Below, piece by piece: positions 59,766 through 64,000 of a DNA stretch of 64,000 nucleotides. The notes beneath the pieces are model-generated. The model saw nothing but the letters and a program-made list of their open reading frames with translations, was not told where the DNA came from and did no database searches. The stretch is taken from contig JALJEE010002061.1 of the NCBI GenBank assembly GCA_023231475.1, positions 1-64,000 of the forward strand, in the 5' to 3' direction. A program made the translations under genes and the position numbers. This stretch comes from Seison nebaliae (lineage: Eukaryota). Numbering within the stretch: the first letter of the stretch is position 1; every line of letters starts with the position of its first letter.

Positions 59766-61051
59766 TCTATCAGTCATCTGGAAGAATAATTGGAGATGTA
59801 GAGAAATATTCTCATAATGACGATATTGATATCGATGATTGTCAACATTCTTATCGTTATCATTCTATTAATAAAGGACAAATGAAAGGGTAGAGACGAG
59901 AAGGAATCGGATAAATATCGTCTGATAACGTGTCAAAGTTAATGGAATTGAGTGTAGACTTGGAGCGAAAAGCAATTATAAGTTTTGTTTAATGAGGCAT
60001 TGATGGTATTTTTTGAGGGGTCGAAAAGTGATGGACATTTGAAAGTTCATCTTCTAGTCTTTCAGTCAGGGAATGACTCAAAAAATTCAGGCTCGCTTCT
60101 CTTATTTATTTGTTTATTAGTCGAATAATTCCACAATACTATTCCTTCCTTCCCTCCAGTACCGTTCTTCAACAATTATTATTAATTTCCATTCCTGTTT
60201 CTTATGAAACGATGTCTATTAAATGTTGAATGATGGAAACAATAATATCATCATCGTCGTCCAACAATTACAGGTACGACAGTGGAGGGAGGGCAACATG
60301 TACATAAGAAGAACATAATTATTAAGACTAATGTTTCTCCTTTTATCATTGTTGTTCTTGTTGTTGTTGCTGCTGTTTTATTTGCAATTGTATGAAAAAG
60401 TCTTAATCATTCGAATGTTTTCTTTTTGTTAGAGAACTCTCGTTCGGTCTCTGTCGAATACGTGAGTTGATATCGAATAATTATCAATTCTTTTGTTTGA
60501 TCGATTCATGAAAATTTCTTTAAAACTTTCTTCCTAATTTTCCTGTGTTTCTTTTTAGAATTCTCCTTTCTTCTTTTATTTATCATAATTTCATTATTGT
60601 TCAGTCTGAAAAACGAGTCAGAAAGGAAATTCGTTTAACTTCCAATACACTACTCTCCAAATTGGATGATGGTCAATTGTTCGAATGAGAATGACGACGT
60701 GACGGGAGAAGATTATAATTTCAGTTAATTTCTCACTTCAATCTTAAATTTATTATCATAATCCTTTCGACATTTCGACGATATTGAAGTGTCTTCGTCT
60801 CTCTCGAACCGAGATAGGATTAAATTTGGACGTGATAATTTCATTTTTAATAAAAAAACTTAATTCATTCTCTTCCATTTTGATGGAAGCACCATCTAAA
60901 AAAATTATTTCCGTAAAAAACTTCGAAAACTATTTTCCGTTCTATCTCGTTCATATCTCGAGAAGATACTATTCATATTATTTTCCTTCCATCTAATAAC
61001 AATATCAAATTAAAAATAATTCTTTTCATTTCTACTCCCCTCAACAAACAG

Positions 61052-64000
61052 TTTCCGAGGAGAATGTCGAACGTCTGAGAAACATAAAAAATCTCTTCGA
61101 GAATGGAATGGAGAAGGAAGTGCCTAAATATGAAAAGAATTTTCTTCCGAAAACAGCTGAATCGACAAAAGAAAGAATGGCGAGGTAAGAAGTTTAATCA
61201 TTCATCATTCGATATCATCACTTTTATGATTCCATTTCTTTACGCTTTTCTTGTTGATGTTGTCGTCGTTGTTGTTGTTGTTGTTTGATGTTCTCAACAT
61301 TTCTTCCGATTACGATTATCTTTCCCTCTTTTTTCTCGTCGAAGAGAATATGAAAATGGAAAAAGTTTCTTTTCATTCCATTTCTAATTTTATTAGAAAT
61401 ATTTTTATCGATTCCTGTTTGATTCCTAATCTGGTTTTGATGAATTATTATTGATTTAACTGATTGATTGTTTCCATCTTTTTTCTTCTTCTTCTTCTTC
61501 CCATTACATAATATTCCCAAATGGTTAACAATATGAAAAACGATTTCTATTCGAAATAACATATTCGGTTTAACAACAAAACTTAAATCGACTTCAAATG
61601 GAATTGTCTTCGAATGGAATAGTGATGAAGATAGTGGAACGAGTCAACCAAGTCCTGAATTGAGTAGTGAGGGAATTGTTAATTGTTCGAAATCGGCAGC
61701 ATCCATGACTTGTAGTACTAGTTCATTGATTGATCAATATCAGATACATAGTGCTCTCAACATCGATATTGTTACATCTTCATCATCAACAACGATATCA
61801 TCGCCAATTCATAATCATGTCATAGCAACGGCTGTCAATATTATCAATCGTTCGCCACCATTAGAAGCGAGACAATCAAGTAAATTCTCATCGATACTCT
61901 CCTCATCATCTCAATTATCGTCGCCACAATTGCCCCATTCCATCACATCATCAACATCTTCCATCGACATAACGAGCAGAGTAGATTCATATAATATTTG
62001 TGAACCAGAAATTTTCAACGATATGAAAGGATTGAATAGATGGAACGATCAATATTCTCCCAATTCCTCCACATCTTCTCTCACTGATTACATTATTCGC
62101 TCTTCATCAATTAATCAAAAGTTTGTTGTGGATTCTGTTTTTCTTTTTCTCCCCACTATCTAACCATTGTAGCTGAAGGACTTTCTTTCATTTTACTTTC
62201 ATTTAAAAGAAAATTTTCTTTTTTTACTTTCCTTTTTCCCCAACCGCTCCCCGAAAAAATTACCCAAATCTTTTATTAGCTAGCTTGAATTCATCTTGTT
62301 CATCGAAAATCGATCGAATTAAATTCAAATTGACATCCTTCCTTCAACTTTTCCATAGGTTGACGATGAAAAGTGAAGAATCAGAAGAGACTCCAATAGA
62401 ACGACGAAGTGAATTATATCAATTACAATCCATCTCTCAAACGGCCAAAAGACGAGAATTATTATTGAATAATAATAAAGAATTTGATGACGAAGAAGTG
62501 GAACGTCGTCCGCCCGACTTGAAGAAGATAACACCACCGAAAGATATAAAAACCGAATATGACAACGATCCTCAACAACGTTTACCCGACGTCATTCGAC
62601 ATGACGATGAATTGAATGAAGATCTAGTGTTCAATACGGCTCAATCTCGAATCGCCCAATATCAACGAACAACAGAAGAAGAGAATAATAAAATGAGAAA
62701 TACAAAGAACTTTATCGAAGGAGAATTGGTTGATGCGGCATTGACGAAAAACCGTTTGAAACAATTTGAAAATTCGAAATTTCAATCCTCTTCTCCATCC
62801 ACTCCAACATCAACTGCATTAGATGAATTGAAAGCATTGAAAGGAAAGAAAGATTTCGTATTTTCTAAAATTATACAACGTCGTGAAATTACCGAACAAC
62901 CGCCAGTAGTAGGGAGTGGAAATATTGAGGATAATGAAAATTATTTGAATGACGAAGATCGTCCACCAGAAGGAATTGCCAAAGAGAATTTGGAGAAATT
63001 TACAAATTATGAGAAACATCAATCACCTCCGAAAAAATCGATTGTGACGATTCCAGTTGCAACGAATGGTGAAAATAAATTATCATACGAATCGACACCA
63101 ATTGAACGAGATCCCACAATCATATCAGAAGAAACGAAGCCAACCGATATTATTCCTCAAAAAGGTTCAGTTTCTCTTCTATTTTTTTCTTTTTCCTAAA
63201 AAATTTTGTGTGCTTTTCGTAAAATTAATCATCTGATTATAATTTGTGTTTGACTTTATCATTTTTATTCTTTCCCCACCCGTCAATTCGACTTTAACGG
63301 AATCAGGTTTCACTAAACAATTATTATCCAAATGGAATTCGATGACTAATTTATCGTCATCGATATCGATCTCAAATTCATATCAGAAATCGAGTAGCTC
63401 GAATGAGAATGATAATAATGAAACGATAAAAACATCAAATAAAACAAATTTAGTTTCCAATAAATTATCAACGTCAACATCCGTTCTATTTAACGGGAAC
63501 AATAATAATGAGATGAATGTTCAAGAACCCAATCGACGAACATTTAAACATTCAATTGTGACACCAATGAATCCCTTGAAAATTGATCGTCGCTCCTCAC
63601 TTTATCATTACTCACAGACCACACCATTAAATGTTGTGAAGTTGAATGAGAATGAAAATGAGAATAGTCTCCCATCAACAAATGACGAAAGTGAATTACC
63701 ACCGAAAGGTACTAACTACTGTTTTTTCTTTTTGTTTCGTTCTAAATTCACTGCTAATTTTTTTCCTTTTCCTAACGAAAAAAATATTAAATTTCCCAAA
63801 AAAAATTAATTTCCTGTTGAAAACTTTCTCTATTCCTGTTGTGATGACACGTGTACGAAAACGTACGTTTGTTTTACGGTTTCATTTATTTCTTTTTCCC
63901 ATTTTATAGGTACAACCAAAAATCTACTTAACAGATTTAATCAAATTGATGATTCTTCAATCAGTTCACCTCTTTCCCCATCTGTTCCCAACAAAAGAAA
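61052..64000 (+). CDS. Partial LIMA1/Xin-like actin-binding repeat protein (continues beyond window)
   Basis: Exons 61052-61184, 62359-63164, 63307-63708 and 63910- are phase-compatible. Recurring motifs LRNIKNLFENG, AALTKNRLKQFEN, PPEGIAKENLEKF, IPQKG|FTKQLLSKW, ELPPKG|TTKNLLNRF. No LIM domain is visible in the window. Confidence 0.55.

Noticed and set aside
1..64000. Alternative genetic code or programmed frameshifts to explain broken ORFs
   Set aside because: Every break in a recognisable gene is resolved by a short GT-AG intron, and long exons translate cleanly with the standard code.
1..64000. CRISPR arrays, rRNA, tRNA, snRNA or spliced-leader RNA genes
   Set aside because: No repeat-spacer array or recognisable RNA gene seen by eye; a covariance-model scan is needed to exclude divergent ones.

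Overview
AT-rich, gene-dense eukaryotic (metazoan, probably bilaterian) genomic DNA, not prokaryotic; the species cannot be determined from sequence alone. By splicing ORF fragments by hand I reconstruct about 22 protein-coding loci. Recognisable ones are an Emx homeobox gene, an insulin receptor, LTA4H, eIF1A, a large CFAP119/C1a-32-like protein, a degenerate receptor guanylyl cyclase, MOGS, two tandem stomatins, ALG14, a miniature agrin-like gene, PP6 catalytic subunit, TMEM199, TIM9 (absent from the ORF track), a FAM166-like protein, two tandem SLC6 transporters, EBP2 and a partial LIMA1/Xin-like gene. There are also several orphans, a deleted LINE fragment and a 320-bp TA-flanked MITE. The most striking signal is the splicing code. 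Of 63 introns I could place (mostly 39-68 nt), 59 begin GTT, only 4 begin GTA and none begin GTG, with no conservation at +4 to +6. This departs from the normal animal GTRAGT donor and suggests a modified 5' splice-site recognition system. All gene models and counts are manual, with no RNA or database support.
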